Shown here in pieces: positions 15,780-33,720 of a stretch of 64,000 nucleotides of DNA. The position numbers and the translations under genes were made by a program. Source of the stretch: the human T2T-CHM13v2.0 reference genome, Homo sapiens. Numbering within the stretch: position 1 is the stretch's first letter; every line of letters starts with the position of its first letter. The notes beneath the pieces were generated by a model. That model searched no databases, was not told where the DNA came from, and saw only the letters and a program-made list of their open reading frames with translations. The stretch is from NCBI RefSeq assembly GCF_009914755.1, contig NC_060935.1; one strand, given 5' to 3'.

Positions 15780-16835
15780 AAGAGAAGGTGGGCCTATTTT
15801 CTCTGGCTCATGCCACCAACACACAATTTATGTATTCTCAGAGGTTGGCTGCCTGCACCAGCTGAAATCTTAGAATTCTAATGAGTCACAGAGCCTTCTC
15901 ACTTTTGTCAAATCCCATCAGATTCCATAGTTTTAAAAAAAAAATTCTCCTTGATCTTGCCTAAATTACCAATTTTTATTTTTGCATCACCAAGTAGGTG
16001 ATATGCAACAGTAGTTTGGTGCTATTATCAATTAGTGCCTTCAAAAGCTTATCATCAAATCCACATTTTACTGTTTATTCTTCAATTTATATTATGAAAA
16101 TTTGAATTCTTTGAAGCAGCGTATCAATAACTAGGGTTATAAAGCTGGGCAACATAGAGTTCTATGTGCTTTGGAAACACACACAGGTAAGTCACTCTTA
16201 CGTCATTTTCTAACTACCCAAAAGTCTCTGGAGCTTCATCAATTGAATTTTCCCTCCAGGGATATTGAAGAAAAGTCAATCTCTGAAATTTACTATTTTA
16301 TTGTATTTGCTCATATATTTCTTACTTGTGTATTTGTTTTTCCATATAATCTTTATATCTGCTTTTCCAATAGTGCTTAGAACCATTTTTCTACTGATCT
16401 TTTAGGTCTCACATAGCCTGGGAAACCTTTACATCCACCCTATAATACCACCAGTCAGGATGAAGAGCACCATGAAAAGTGACCTATAAGTTTCAGGCCA
16501 TTACAGCACTATTCAAATATAGTGATTTCTTCTTTCATTTTGTTTTTATTTTCTGGGTTATATGATTTACAATGAATTCAACAATGTTTATTCTGCATGA
16601 ATAGCTGTATCCCCAACGTAGTATCCAATAATCTTACATAGAGTAAACCCTAAATAATATCTTCTTTATACATTCTATTTTCCCATACCTAGGATCTCCC
16701 AGGAATGACTAAATTATCATCCTTGCTGTCACTGAAAGTCAGGACTGGTGAACATGGTAGAGTTCTCAAGGAGCAACTTTTATACAACTGATTGCTATTG
16801 CTTTACCTGGAGTAAATATTTTCCTCTTTGCAAAG
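15780..16835 (+). other. Candidate OR51B6 promoter, 5'UTR exon and intron
   Basis: CTAATGAG homeodomain site near 15878. Strong donor CAG|GTAAGT at 16187. Acceptors TTTTCCCATACCTAG| (16692) and TTCCTCTTTGCAAAG| (16835, 6 nt before the ATG). Confidence 0.5.
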
Positions 16836-16841
16836 CTGGCA

Positions 16842-17780
16842 ATGGGGCTCAATACGTCTGCTTCCACCTTCCAGCTTACTGGCTTCCCAGGCATGGAGAA
16901 GGCACATCACTGGATATTCATCCCATTATTGGCAGCCTACATCTCCATACTTCTTGGCAGTGGCACTCTTCTCTTTCTCATCAGGAATGATCATAACCTC
17001 CATGAGCCCATGTACTATTTCTTAGCTATGTTGGCAGCTACAGACCTCGGAGTGACATTGACCACAATGCCCACAGTGCTAGGTGTTCTGTGGTTAGATC
17101 ACAGGGAGACTGGCCATGGAGCCTGCTTCTCTCAGGCCTATTTTATCCATACTCTTTCTGTCATGGAGTCAGGTGTCTTGCTTGCCATGGCTTATGACTG
17201 TTTCATTGCCATCCACAACCCCTTAAGATATATCTCTATCCTGACCAACACCCAGGTAATGAAGATTGGTGTGGGGGTATTGACAAGGGCTGGTCTGTCC
17301 ATTATGCCAATAGTTGTTCGCCTACACTGGTTTCCCTACTGTCGAGCCCATGTATTCTCCCATGCTTTCTGTCTACACCAAGATGTCATCAAGCTAGCCT
17401 GTGCTGACATCACCCTCAACCGTCTCTATCCAGTTGTGGTTTTATTTGCAATGGTCTTGTTGGACTTTCTCATCATCTTTTTCTCCTACATTTTGATTCT
17501 CAAGACTGTCATGGGCATTGGTTCTGGAGGAGAAAGGGCCAAGGCCCTCAACACATGTGTCTCTCATATCTGCTGCATCCTGGTCTTCTATGTCACTGTA
17601 GTTTGTCTGACATTTATTCATAGGTTTGGAAAGCATGTTCCTCATGTCGTTCACATCACAATGAGATACATCCACTTCCTTTTCCCACCTTTTATGAACC
17701 CATTTATCTATAGCATTAAAACTAAGCAGATTCAGAGTGGCATACTTCGCTTATTCTCTCTGCCTCACTCTAGAGCATGA
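16842..17780 (+). CDS. OR51B6: Olfactory receptor 51B6, 312 aa
   Basis: [55 protein letters not shown]. Close paralog of OR51B5, arranged head-to-head. Confidence 0.95.
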   Translation: MGLNTSASTFQLTGFPGMEKAHHWIFIPLLAAYISILLGSGTLLFLIRNDHNLHEPMYYFLAMLAATDLGVTLTTMPTVLGVLWLDHRETGHGACFSQAYFIHTLSVMESGVLLAMAYDCFIAIHNPLRYISILTNTQVMKIGVGVLTRAGLSIMPIVVRLHWFPYCRAHVFSHAFCLHQDVIKLACADITLNRLYPVVVLFAMVLLDFLIIFFSYILILKTVMGIGSGGERAKALNTCVSHICCILVFYVTVVCLTFIHRFGKHVPHVVHITMRYIHFLFPPFMNPFIYSIKTKQIQSGILRLFSLPHSRA

Positions 17781-18069
17781 CATTGTTTCACTGGTCTCTG
17801 AGGAATAATTCAGGGGACCTGGACAGGGTGAAAATGTTGCCGGCATAAGTAACTAGGGAAAGTCATTTCAATGAGAACTAATCAATCCCTGAGCATTTCA
17901 GTGGAAATCAATCAATCCCTCTGCTACTTAGAACATTATTTTACCCTGCCTGTCTATTGCTGATTTGTATAAGATATATGTACAACACTAAGTACATATC
18001 TCAGTGCTCAACTGATATTGTTTTCTCAGGTAATTTAACTCACATTGTTTGATTAGCTTATGGCTGGCA

Positions 18070-18252
18070 CCATATACATACATACATACTTACACACATA
18101 CATACCCATACACTATTATATATATTTAATATATATAATACACACTATTATATATACTTAATATTTAATATATAATAGTGTGTGTATGTATCTGTGTGTG
18201 TTTATATATATTATATAAATAATATATATATATGAACCAATTATATATATAA
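18070..18252. repeat. (TA)n/(CA)n low-complexity tract
   Basis: Repeated ACACTATTATATATA units and TA runs. Confidence 0.85.
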
Positions 18253-18436
18253 TTCTTGGGTCTATGATTTGGGTCACCGGTATTTCAGTCAATGCCCATT
18301 GCTCTCCATATGGCCTGCATATATTAGTACTGTTATACATAGGAATAAGGCATTTTTGGCCTCAGACATACATCCAGTTCTCTTGCATATATGGATCTGG
18401 CTGCTGTTTCTAGAAAATTGCATGTGAAGAAATGAG

Positions 18437-18508
18437 ACTTTCTTCAATGAGAGTAAGCCATTTCCCTCAATTACTTTCTTCAATGAGGGTAAACCATTTC
18501 CCTCAATT
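18437..18508. repeat. 2 x 36 bp tandem duplication
   Basis: ACTTTCTTCAATGAG(A/G)GTAA(G/A)CCATTTCCCTCAATT twice, 2 mismatches. Confidence 0.9.
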
Positions 18509-19921
18509 CAAAATGATGAGTCTAGGGAAAGTATCTCTATGAGAAATGTGTTCAGTTAAAACTTTGGTTAACATTTATCAAATAATATTGATAATAATTT
18601 GAAAACAGAGATATAATTTCTAATTCAGATGACCATTGTCTTGATAGTTAATTCCAGTTACTACTGAACAGAGAGATGCATTTTCATAAAGTGGTATGAG
18701 AGGTCTGGTTTAGGGGAACATCAGAGATAAGACTAGATAGGGGTGTCTGGCATGTGCAAAATAGCAGAGTTGAAAAACAAACAGTTGGTCATGTGGGGAG
18801 GAAGGGAGAGGATGGAGGCAATGCTCGTAACTAGAAGATAAAATGGCCTTTTCTGGCTCCAAATACTTTAGATTCTTTTCAGAGTCTAGGCATGAGAAGA
18901 GGGGGTTTGTGGTCCTATGGCCAGGTGAAGAGCCAGTATCCATGACTCAAATGATAAGTTTTAAATTAATTTTAAAAGAAAGATATTCTTTTGACCAAAA
19001 TACAGGGTATGATGTGCTTGGACTACACAAGGGGCCACCCAGTGACCAGTCAGCTGGATGCCCCTCATCTCTGGCCTCTGTCATACTGACACTCAGTGAT
19101 CTATGGCTGCCCACCTACTCTTCATCACAGAAAGGTGGGGATTTTTTAGGATTCTTGGGATGTATAAATAACACGGAGAAAACAAAAATAAAATAATACC
19201 TTCACAATAGTTTCCAGGCTAGTAAATGATCTTTATCTGATTAGACCAAAAGATTTTGTTTGTTTTACTCAACTTGGCTGTGTGTCTGTCTGTAGTATGT
19301 GTGAAATTTGCCTTTCTCTTTTGTAGCTTCTTGACTGTGTGCTCGAGGATGGTAAATATAACATAGTTCTTATTCCCTACTGTATTACAGAACTTCTCAC
19401 ATAGACCATTTTTAACAAAATATAATTTTTCATTAAAATGAATAAATAAAATTTAAAGTGACCCATGTCTTTCTGTGTGTCTGTTAGTTCTTCTGTCTGT
19501 TACTGCTCTCTGTATTGTCTTCCAAGATATGGGCAATGTATACTTAATCCTGTTCTTTCTTCCCTTGGGCTTTTGGGAATGAATTCAGGGGGATCTAAGC
19601 CACATCAAACAAAATCTTTCTTGACTCACCCTCTAGGTCCAGTGATCCTGAAACCTGCCATAGCAGGCTAGTATAAAGATAACTAGGATAACAATACATT
19701 TTATAAATTCTGTAAATGGACACATTTGACTGACAACCCTGAGTTTCTCTCCTCCCTTTCTGTTCTTCCTTATACTGAAGAGATGTGATGAAGAGACAAG
19801 ATAAAAAGTCCAAGAGAGGTGAAAGACTGGGACTTGCAGTTCTCTTTGTGGAGTCCCGTGAGACAGAGCAGAGCTCTGGGCTCCCGATGGTCCCTGAACA
19901 ACATATCAACAGTAGGGTCAA

Positions 19922-21106
19922 AGACCTCACCCCTCCTCATGATCCTCCCCACTTCCTCCCGCCCCTCCACGCCACCAGCCACACTGAGCGCTCAGCTCCT
20001 CCCAGGTCCTGGACCTGCAGCCCTGGCCAACATCAAGAGGGCATCTTTGCCAAGAATGCCTGGAAGAGACTCAGCCACTCACAGGAAAACGTCCTCCAGA
20101 AGCCAGGGAAAGCTGCTGAGACAAAAGACAAACAGTTTAAAGTATATGTCCAGAACTTCAAGCCACAAGAAGCAGAGGGTACCAGACCTGAGAGAACTCT
20201 GAGGATGTTTAGAAGCAATCAAAGGCATTCAAGAGACCTTGACGAAGCTGAGTCACTGTGTGAAGTCTGTGCGCTGGATTGGTCTGGGCAGGAAGGTGTG
20301 AAAATGGTTGGTGAGAAAGGTGATGTGCTCTGGGAGGATATCCACAAAAAACTCATGGATGCATCCTTGCTAACACCGGAAAACTACCTGGACCAATTTC
20401 CTGACTTGAAGAATCACATCACCAAGTGCAGCAGGAAGCTGACGGACTATGACAGTGCCTGCCCACCTCCATCGGGCTCAACAGAGCTTCAGGAGGAAGG
20501 ATAGGAGCCTCTGTCTAAGGCAGAAGTAGAATTTCAGAAAGCACAGAGAAGGTTTGAAGAGTTTAATGTTGACTTACAAGAAAAGTTACCATTATTATAG
20601 TCAAGACGAATTGGATTTTATATTAATACTTTCAAAAACATCTCCAGCCTTGAAGCTAAGTTTCATAAGGAAACTGTGGTGCTTTGGTACAAACAGTATG
20701 AAGTGATGATGAAACTGGGTGACCAGTATGCTGACAAGGCCTTCAACATTCAAAGAGCAACACCCACTGATTTGGGTCCTCTCCACATTGCAAAGATGTC
20801 CTCATGGCCTAGGGAGCTTTCATTCCACCCCAGCCCAACAACTAGTTCAAGTGAAACACTAGCAACCTGCTTCTCCTATGCCAGCATGACCTGAGTCACC
20901 CTTGCAGTCCTATCTCTGTCTAAAGTCACTTGACAAAGGAACTGCAGCAGGAAAAATGTCATCTTCACAGACTGTCCTAAAGTAAGATAGGTGATGTGTA
21001 CTGTATCCACAAATCATCTGTAAAAGTTATGTTTTCAGTGGTGTGTCATTTCAAATAAACCTTGGGAAATTTCTAACAATTACCTTTAAAAATTAAAAAA
21101 AAAAAG
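19922..21106 (+). pseudogene. Processed pseudogene of amphiphysin (AMPH): 5'UTR plus N-BAR/proline-rich half
   Basis: Translates to GIFAKNAWKRL..ETKDKQF..VQNFKPQEAEGTR..VKMVGEKGDVLWED..KLGDQYADKAF..GPLHIAK, matching AMPH residues ~1-318 without introns. ATG is changed to CTG (20023), with frameshifts and stops. AATAAA 21054-21059, poly(A), TSD AGTAGGGTCAA (19911-19921 / 21107-21117). Confidence 0.92.
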
Positions 21107-21239
21107 AGTAGGGTCAAGGGGTATAGGGTAGCAAAATTTTCTTAAAGGATCAATGTAATGCCCTGCTCTGATTCCTATAGTGACATACGCTTCAATATAC
21201 AGACAAGGTCCTGGAAGTTCTTTTAAAAATCTGCTGCAA

Positions 21240-26484
<5,245 letters not shown>

Positions 26485-27895
26485 AAATCTGCTGCAAAAA
26501 GGCCATCCTGCCTACATTTTCTTTTCTACCCCTATGTGATGCTTAAAATAAATCTTATTTCTGGAGATGTGGCTAATTCCCTAACCTAGATGCAGGAAGA
26601 AACCTTAGCGACTCCTGTTCCAAAGTTCTAAATCCCTCAGGCTGGGAGAATAAAGAAGGAGGGAGGAGAGAGGAGTGGGCCGTATGGAGGAGTTTCTGAA
26701 ACTAATTTTCTTTGCAGCTTGGCTTCTGAGTATAGTCTAAAAAGTTGGTGTTGGATCCAATATCTTGACCAGGCTTAGGGGTTCATAGTCACATCTATGG
26801 CAACAATGAACAGACTTATGAACAGGTCGGTAAAGGACTCCAGTGTGTCTTGGCCTAGAGGCTCAGCATAGGAACGGGCAGTAGACGGTTGGCTTATTAG
26901 AGATTGCAGAGAGGGAAATGCAGTAATATATCAGTCAAGATGTGATGGGGTATAAGAATGCATCATCCCAAAGACTCCCTAAAATCTTTAGAACTTGGCT
27001 TCTGAATAATCTCTTTTGCAAATTCCTAGAAGAGGGAAAATCCTAGATCTCCTTTTTCATTCCCTAGCAGAGATCTAGTTAGTAAAAATCAAGTTGAAAA
27101 TCCACAGGAATACAGAATGATATCTCTGGTGTAGTTCCAGACTCTGGTTTGGATTATCTATTTCCTTTGTTGCTCTCTTCAGGCTGCATAAACCAGCTTC
27201 CTCTTTGCCTTTATGTGTTCTACCAAGTACTTACTCCCAAAAAAGATGAAATTAGAGTGAGGATAGGGGACACTGTAATGACAAGGTTATAGACTAACAG
27301 AAAGAAAAACTTACCAAATAGATTAGTGTCAGATTGAGTAAAGCAAACTTTGACATGAGGCACAATGCTTTAAATTGCTGCATATTCCCAGAAATGAGCC
27401 TAGTATCCATCAGAAAATGTATGCAAATCCTTATAAACCAAAGTCAGAGAGAGCTTGTTGGTTCACTTCATTCCATGGTGAGCTATCAGCACTTCAGATT
27501 TTGAAGATCTCAACCACACCCAGATAGAGAGTGATAGTGGATCTGGTGTCTCTGTCGGGGGATGGGAGTAGATAAGGAAAAGTGTTTACTATTTTTACCA
27601 GCAGGGGAAACTACCCAGATGAAAATGGTGCTGGATGCTTTGGGCAAAAAGCCATTCAGAGCCATAATCAACTACGATGATGGTCAGGAATTTAGTGTAT
27701 TTGTAGGTCAGATGATCAGTCTATGGCTTTGGAAAATTGTGAACATTAGTTGTTGAGCCTTATAATGAGAATGTGATGATTAAATCAGGTCTACTGGATA
27801 CTATGAATCAGAATAGATAACATTGTTAGATATAATTACCTAGTCAGAGAGCAGAGATGAAGTCAGGAAAGCAAAAGATAAGAAATAAGAGAAGT

Positions 27896-28284
27896 CTTCT
27901 GGTGGCAGAGTGGCGGCTTAGCCTGCTGGGGCTCAAGGCCATGAGCAGATACAGCAGCCCAGTCAACCCAGCTGTCTTCCCCCATCTGATTGTAGTGCTT
28001 TTGGCCATCGGCATGTTCTTCACCACCTGGTTCTTTGTTTACGAGGTCACCTCTACCAAGTACACTTGTGATAGAGTATCTCCTTGGTGGCCTCACTCTT
28101 CATGGGCTTTGAAGTCCTCTTCCTGCTGCTCTGAGTTGGCATATACATGTGAGTGCCCAAGAGTAACAACCAGGTGGCTTCACTGAATCCCTGCTTTTGT
28201 AAATTAAGTTTTTTTTCTATTGCTGGAAGTGTCCCGCCTGTTGCTTATAATAAAGTCAGATGTATGGCATTAAAAAAAAAAAAA
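27896..28284 (+). pseudogene. Processed pseudogene of TMEM258 (OST complex subunit)
   Basis: [43 protein letters not shown] matches TMEM258. First ATG changed to CTG (27926), frameshifting deletion near 28070. AATAAA 28249-28254, poly(A), TSD AGAAATAA(G/T)AGAAGT (27881-27895 / 28285-28299). Confidence 0.93.
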
Positions 28285-28541
28285 AGAAATAATAGAAGTT
28301 AGGCAGGGATTGGGGCATGAAGGTTGAAAACAAGAAGGAAAAGGAGCCCAAGGAAATGCAAGTGTTGTAAAATGTGCTAAGTAGATGTCTGGGTGGCATT
28401 CCTCCATGAGAGAAAGCTTAAGGGAAGAAAGAGACCCTGAGTGTCTTCAAAACTCAAAGTTTTACGAACAGAATGATTAGTCTGGAGAAATCATTTTTCA
28501 TCAATAGAGGATCTCAAGTGTTTCCCCACAACGAACCCAGT

Positions 28542-28568
28542 CACACACACACACACACACACACACAC
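28542..28568. repeat. (CA)n microsatellite
   Basis: About 13 CA units. Confidence 0.95.
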
Positions 28569-29488
28569 TGGTGAGTGGACAGACATTGTTTTTCAAGTCA
28601 TGATGCAGCAGTCTTGGAATTACAGTTTTTTTCGTTTTTTTTTTTTTACTTCAATCTATGGTGTTGAGTACATGATCCTAATCACCAATTAATTGTTCCT
28701 TTAAGCCCTTAACCTCTTGACACACATACACACACACTCTCACACAAAAGCGCCACACACACAATCATAAACACACATCACCACCACTCAGCTCCATGAG
28801 GTACACTCACTACTTTTATTAAAACAAGCACAGATACCAAGTTTTTGAGTGTGAATGCAGAAAGAAGATATATTGAGGTAGATTTTTCTCATAGATACTA
28901 CTAAGATTATATTGTCTGGAATCTTATGTGACACAGAAAAAGAACAACTCTGCCATTTGGCCATTTGCTTGTGTTTGGACTTGTGAAGGTCTTTCCATCA
29001 TTCTGTTATTGGAAAGCGGGAAAGTAGCATTTTCATGAGGATTCTATTAAAAACTAGGGACCATATGCAATACATCCAGACTATATTTAGTGTACAATAG
29101 AAAGCAATTACCATAGCAATTATGTTCCCTAGCTGTCTTCTCTCTTTGCAAACCCCAGCCCCAACTCAGCATGACATGGCAGGTATAAAAATAGGCAACT
29201 CAGACCCATTTCTGTAAAGGAGGAGAAGCTTGTGTTAGGAATGGAAGAATGCCTGGGCTGGAGAACAGGGCTTCACAACAGTGTAGTGATAGATTCACCC
29301 ACATATTATGTGATGTGGACCTCTGAGCCAGGTACTATCTCATTCTCCATGGTTGCAATAAGGTCGATTATAGATTCAATAAAGGAAGAGGTATCTCAAC
29401 ACTAAAGAAAGAGTAACATTTTCAGGGTTCAACAAGCGACCACCTAAGGGCAAAATATTTTCCTAAATTTTGACAAACTTTAAGTTCA

Positions 29489-29537
29489 AAAAGCTCATCT
29501 AGCTATGACAAAGTTTGACATAGTTAGATGAGCTTTT
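29489..29537. repeat. Near-perfect inverted repeat, 24-bp arms, 1-nt spacer
   Basis: AAAAGCTCATCTAGCTATGACAAA G TTTGACATAGTTAGATGAGCTTTT; 22 of 24 pairs are complementary. Confidence 0.9.
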
Positions 29538-31597
29538 GATCTGTGCACTTTCCCTCGACCTTGACCACCAATCTTGACTTCACAAAAACATTGGAATTTG
29601 GGGTGATATGGAGGCAAGCCAAATGCAGAAACAGGAGGTCATGGTAAGGCTATGATGCAGTTTAGGAGCTATGTGATGTGTCATTTCTGTGACAGGATAT
29701 GAGAGCTGCACATCTTTCTGTTTAGAAATTCCTGCCATATTTGTAATTCTCAATGGTCAGTCTCCTTGCTGGACTATAAATTCAACTACATGCCAGCTTT
29801 AAGCACAGTGCTTTGAAGAGAGTAGGAGCTTAAAAAATATTCTGTATTAAATGAAAAAATAATTATGTGTCTCTCTCTTCCTCTTCTCACTCCATCCTCA
29901 TGTGCATCTCTGGATATCTCTGATTTTGTGCACTCTAAGGCAGCCCTCTAAGCTGTCTGCCCATCCAGCATATGACAGAAGACTCTTCAAAGTGAATGAT
30001 CAAAGTCCCTTGTTTACAGGGTCCCCCCACCCTCTTCCTTCCTGAGCATGTGTTCTGGATATGCTGAAGCCAACCTCACAGGACTTTGTTACCTTTCCTA
30101 AGTTTCTATTGGTGAATTTCCATTTAATATAGTTTTATTAAATGATTTTAGTAAATAATTTTTAATCATTGTAGCTTCTATGGTGGATACACAAGGAGAA
30201 GCAGAGAGAGAGGGAAAAAATTACGTAACAGAAGGCTACAAGGGGATTTCTCAAGTAACTGCTTCTTCTTGTCATTCTTGTCACAGCAATGAATCTTGGG
30301 CAAATAAGGGACACTCAATAAAACCAAATGTGTCAATAATCATGCTTGTAATAACCTTGAATTCAAGTGGTAGCTTATCACAACTGCTAAATAACTTTTC
30401 TTCTTTGTCTGGTGAGTTCTGTAGACATTTAGAGTGTAGGGCTGGCAACTGTGTTTAAAATAAGTTGTCTATTATATCAGGACTCCATGGAAACATCTAG
30501 TGAACCAGAAGGGCTGGTGGTGAGAACAGTGTTATTAGAATACCACTGGTGTTTGCCAGCTGTGGAAAACATGGGTATAGAGCATACACTGATGCCAAAG
30601 GCAAACCAATGCATGGCTGGTCCCGGCATGGCAACAAGTAACCAAATATGGGATGAGAGACAAGATCAAGCATACTGTAGAAATCGCTGTGAAGAGATGC
30701 ATTTAGATGAAAAGGTAACCCAATTCTGGTCTGCCAGTCAGCAACCATTTTCCTGTCTATTGCACAGGATAGGATATGGTTGTACTACCTCGAAGTTTTT
30801 TCACAAAGCATATTGATACACAAAAACATTATCGAGATGCACATGTCATCGGTTTGCCATGACAGGGCTCTTGGTGTGAATCTGACTACTGTCTTAACAC
30901 ACCTCCAAATGTGTTGAGGCCCTAATGAGAAACATACCTGATTTTATTCAACCCAAACTGATACATTTAAATTGTCCTGTAATTATTTAAAAAATAGATA
31001 TAAGCTTTTGAGGGCAGATATTATAATCCAGGCATCACCTCCATTACCCACATTTTCTAGCACATTATAGATGCTTAGTATGTGCTGGCTTGATGATAGG
31101 ATGAAGTTTAAGTTGCTAACCATTCTTAGAGGAACTCTGCTTACCTCTTGGGTTCTGAAGGGTCTGACTGACCAGAGAGGCATGAAGGGGGCAGGCTCAG
31201 CATGATCACCAGCACTGAGAACCACACAAACTGAAGAACTGCTAGGTGCTGGCTAGTGGGAGACTTAAGACCAACCAACCACCCTATGGAGCAGCCAGGT
31301 AATCAGCATGTTTTGGGGCTAACTGTTAATGGAATAGTTGCTGAGGGGTATGCTTACTTGTCCAGTTGTGTGTGACTTAGAGGTGAACCCAGTGGGCAAA
31401 ATAAGAAACAGTATGTGAAGAGGATAGAGCAAGCCTTAAGTAGGAAGTTAAGGATGAGAGAAACAGGAAGGAAAATCAGTAGGAAAGTATAGAAGACAAA
31501 GGAGAAAGGGCCAGAGAAACAGAAGGAAGAATCTGAAAAGGAGCTCAAGGGAAGGTTCCTCTGTGGGTAGCCTGTTAAAGAAAAGGCTACATTACAG

Positions 31598-32004
<407 letters not shown>

Positions 32005-32478
32005 TCAGGGTATTCACTTGAGATTCAAAGTCTTTAGAATAAAAATTAAAATTTGGGAAAATAAGTTTGTATTGATGACTAATTCCAATCCCAAGCACGG
32101 GTCTCTGTGCAATGCAGGACTGGGAAGGTTTAGGCAGGGGTGCTATCTGATTCATGAGACAACAGGCACAAAGTTTTAGTCCCTGCCTGGACTTGGTGTC
32201 ATCTCTTGAGCACATGCCTAATGGTCTCCTAACATTCCCCTCCCAAAGTTTGAAAATGCTTCCACCTCCCCCTGCAGTCCATGAACCAGGATAAAATTCT
32301 CTAGCAGCAGAGACCAAAGACAGTCTCTCAAGTCTCAGGAATGTGGTTCTGAAGGAAGAGAAGCTCTGCCACACATACACATGCCACCTTGCAAAGCCAC
32401 TTAGTGACACAGAGTTTTAGTTATTTCATTGTGAACTGGAATAAAATCATTTTGAAAGGAGATTTTTGAAGTTAAAAG

Positions 32479-33032
32479 CATTGCCAGAAAGGAGTCACAA
32501 TCCAGACCCTAAGAGAGGGTTCTTGGATTTCGTGCCCAAGAAAGAATTTGGGGCAAATCCATACAGAAAAGTGAAAGCAAGTTAATTAAGAAAGTAAAGG
32601 AGTAAAATAATGGCTACCCTATAGGCAGAACAGTCCTGAGGACTGCTGGTTGCCCATTTTTATGGTTATTTATTGATGATATGCTAAACAAGGGGTGGAT
32701 TATTCATGCCTCCCCTTTTCAGACTGCATAGCGTAACTTCCTGATGTTGCCATGGCATTTCTAAACACTCATAGTGCTGGTGGGAGAGCAGCAGTGAGGA
32801 CTACCAGAGGTCACTCTCATCACAATCTTGGTTTGGTGGGTTTCAGCCAGCTTCTTTACTGCAACCTGTTTTTTCAGCAAGGTCTTTATGACCTGTATCT
32901 TGTGCCAACCTCTTATCTCATCCTGTGACTCAGAATGCCTAACTTTCTGGGAATACAGCCCAGTAGGTCTCAGCCTTATTGTACCCAGCTCCTATTTAAG
33001 ATGGAGTTGCTCTGGTTCAAATGCCTCTGACA
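32479..33032 (-). mobile_element. MER41A solo LTR (ERV1)
   Basis: Minus strand begins TGTCAGAGGCATTTGAACCAGAGCAACTCCATCTT. GGGGAGG joins directly to CATGAATAATCC, lacking the MER41B GAS-containing segment. 4-bp TSD AAAG (32475-32478 / 33033-33036). Confidence 0.85.
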
Positions 33033-33499
33033 AAAGGAACAAAAATGTTGTTTCTGGTATGCTAGCACCCAGAATAGAGGCACTTGCACAATATATGCAT
33101 TCAAAAATGTATTTTTTTTCACTTGTGCTTTCTGCCTATATCTATTTTTATGTCCTCATGCTTAAATCTTGACCAAGGCTATGCATTTTCCTATCCTTAC
33201 TCAGCAGTTTGTGAGGAATCAGACATTCTTCAAAGTTTCACTTCTACCAGAGTAGAGCTACTTCTCTTCTAATTATATCTTACACCCCACAACTAACCCA
33301 AGCTTCACTTGGTTCTTTGCTCCTATGGAGACCCAGGCTCACTCAGAACTCTCTTTCTTTGTTTTTTCCTCTGCCATTCAGATTTGTTGCATCTTCAACC
33401 AATAACTTAACTATGAACCAGCATGAAAAATCCTGTTAAGTGTTCTGTAGGCTTCTTGAAACCTATTGTTTCATGCTTCTTCATACAGTCTTATGCAGT

Positions 33500-33720
33500 A
33501 GTTTTGGGAATTAAACAGTTTGGTTTACAATCCCACCTTCCACTTATTGGCTGCGTACCCTATAGCAAAGCACTTTATCTTTCTGTGTTTTGGTCCACTC
33601 ATCTTTAAGTGGGGATACCAATAGTACCCACATGGTTGAATTATTTTAATGATTAAATACATTAATATGTCTAACGTGTTCAATAGTGCCTGGTCCATTG
33701 TAAGTATTATAGAAATCACT
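33500..33720 (+). mobile_element. MIR
   Basis: AATCCCACCTTCCACTTATTGGCTG...CTCATCTTTAAGTGGGGATACCAATAGTACC...AGTGCCTGG. Confidence 0.7.

Noticed and set aside
27857-28186. 109-aa ORF over the TMEM258 copy as a functional retrogene
   Set aside because: The first ATG is lost and a frameshift removes the second TM helix.
30451-30870. Unique coding-looking stretch with faint OR-like words on the minus strand (LVAM, YSNNTVLT)
   Set aside because: No intact OR motifs or consistent frame. A tBLASTn/HMM hit to the OR 7TM family would be needed to call a pseudogene.
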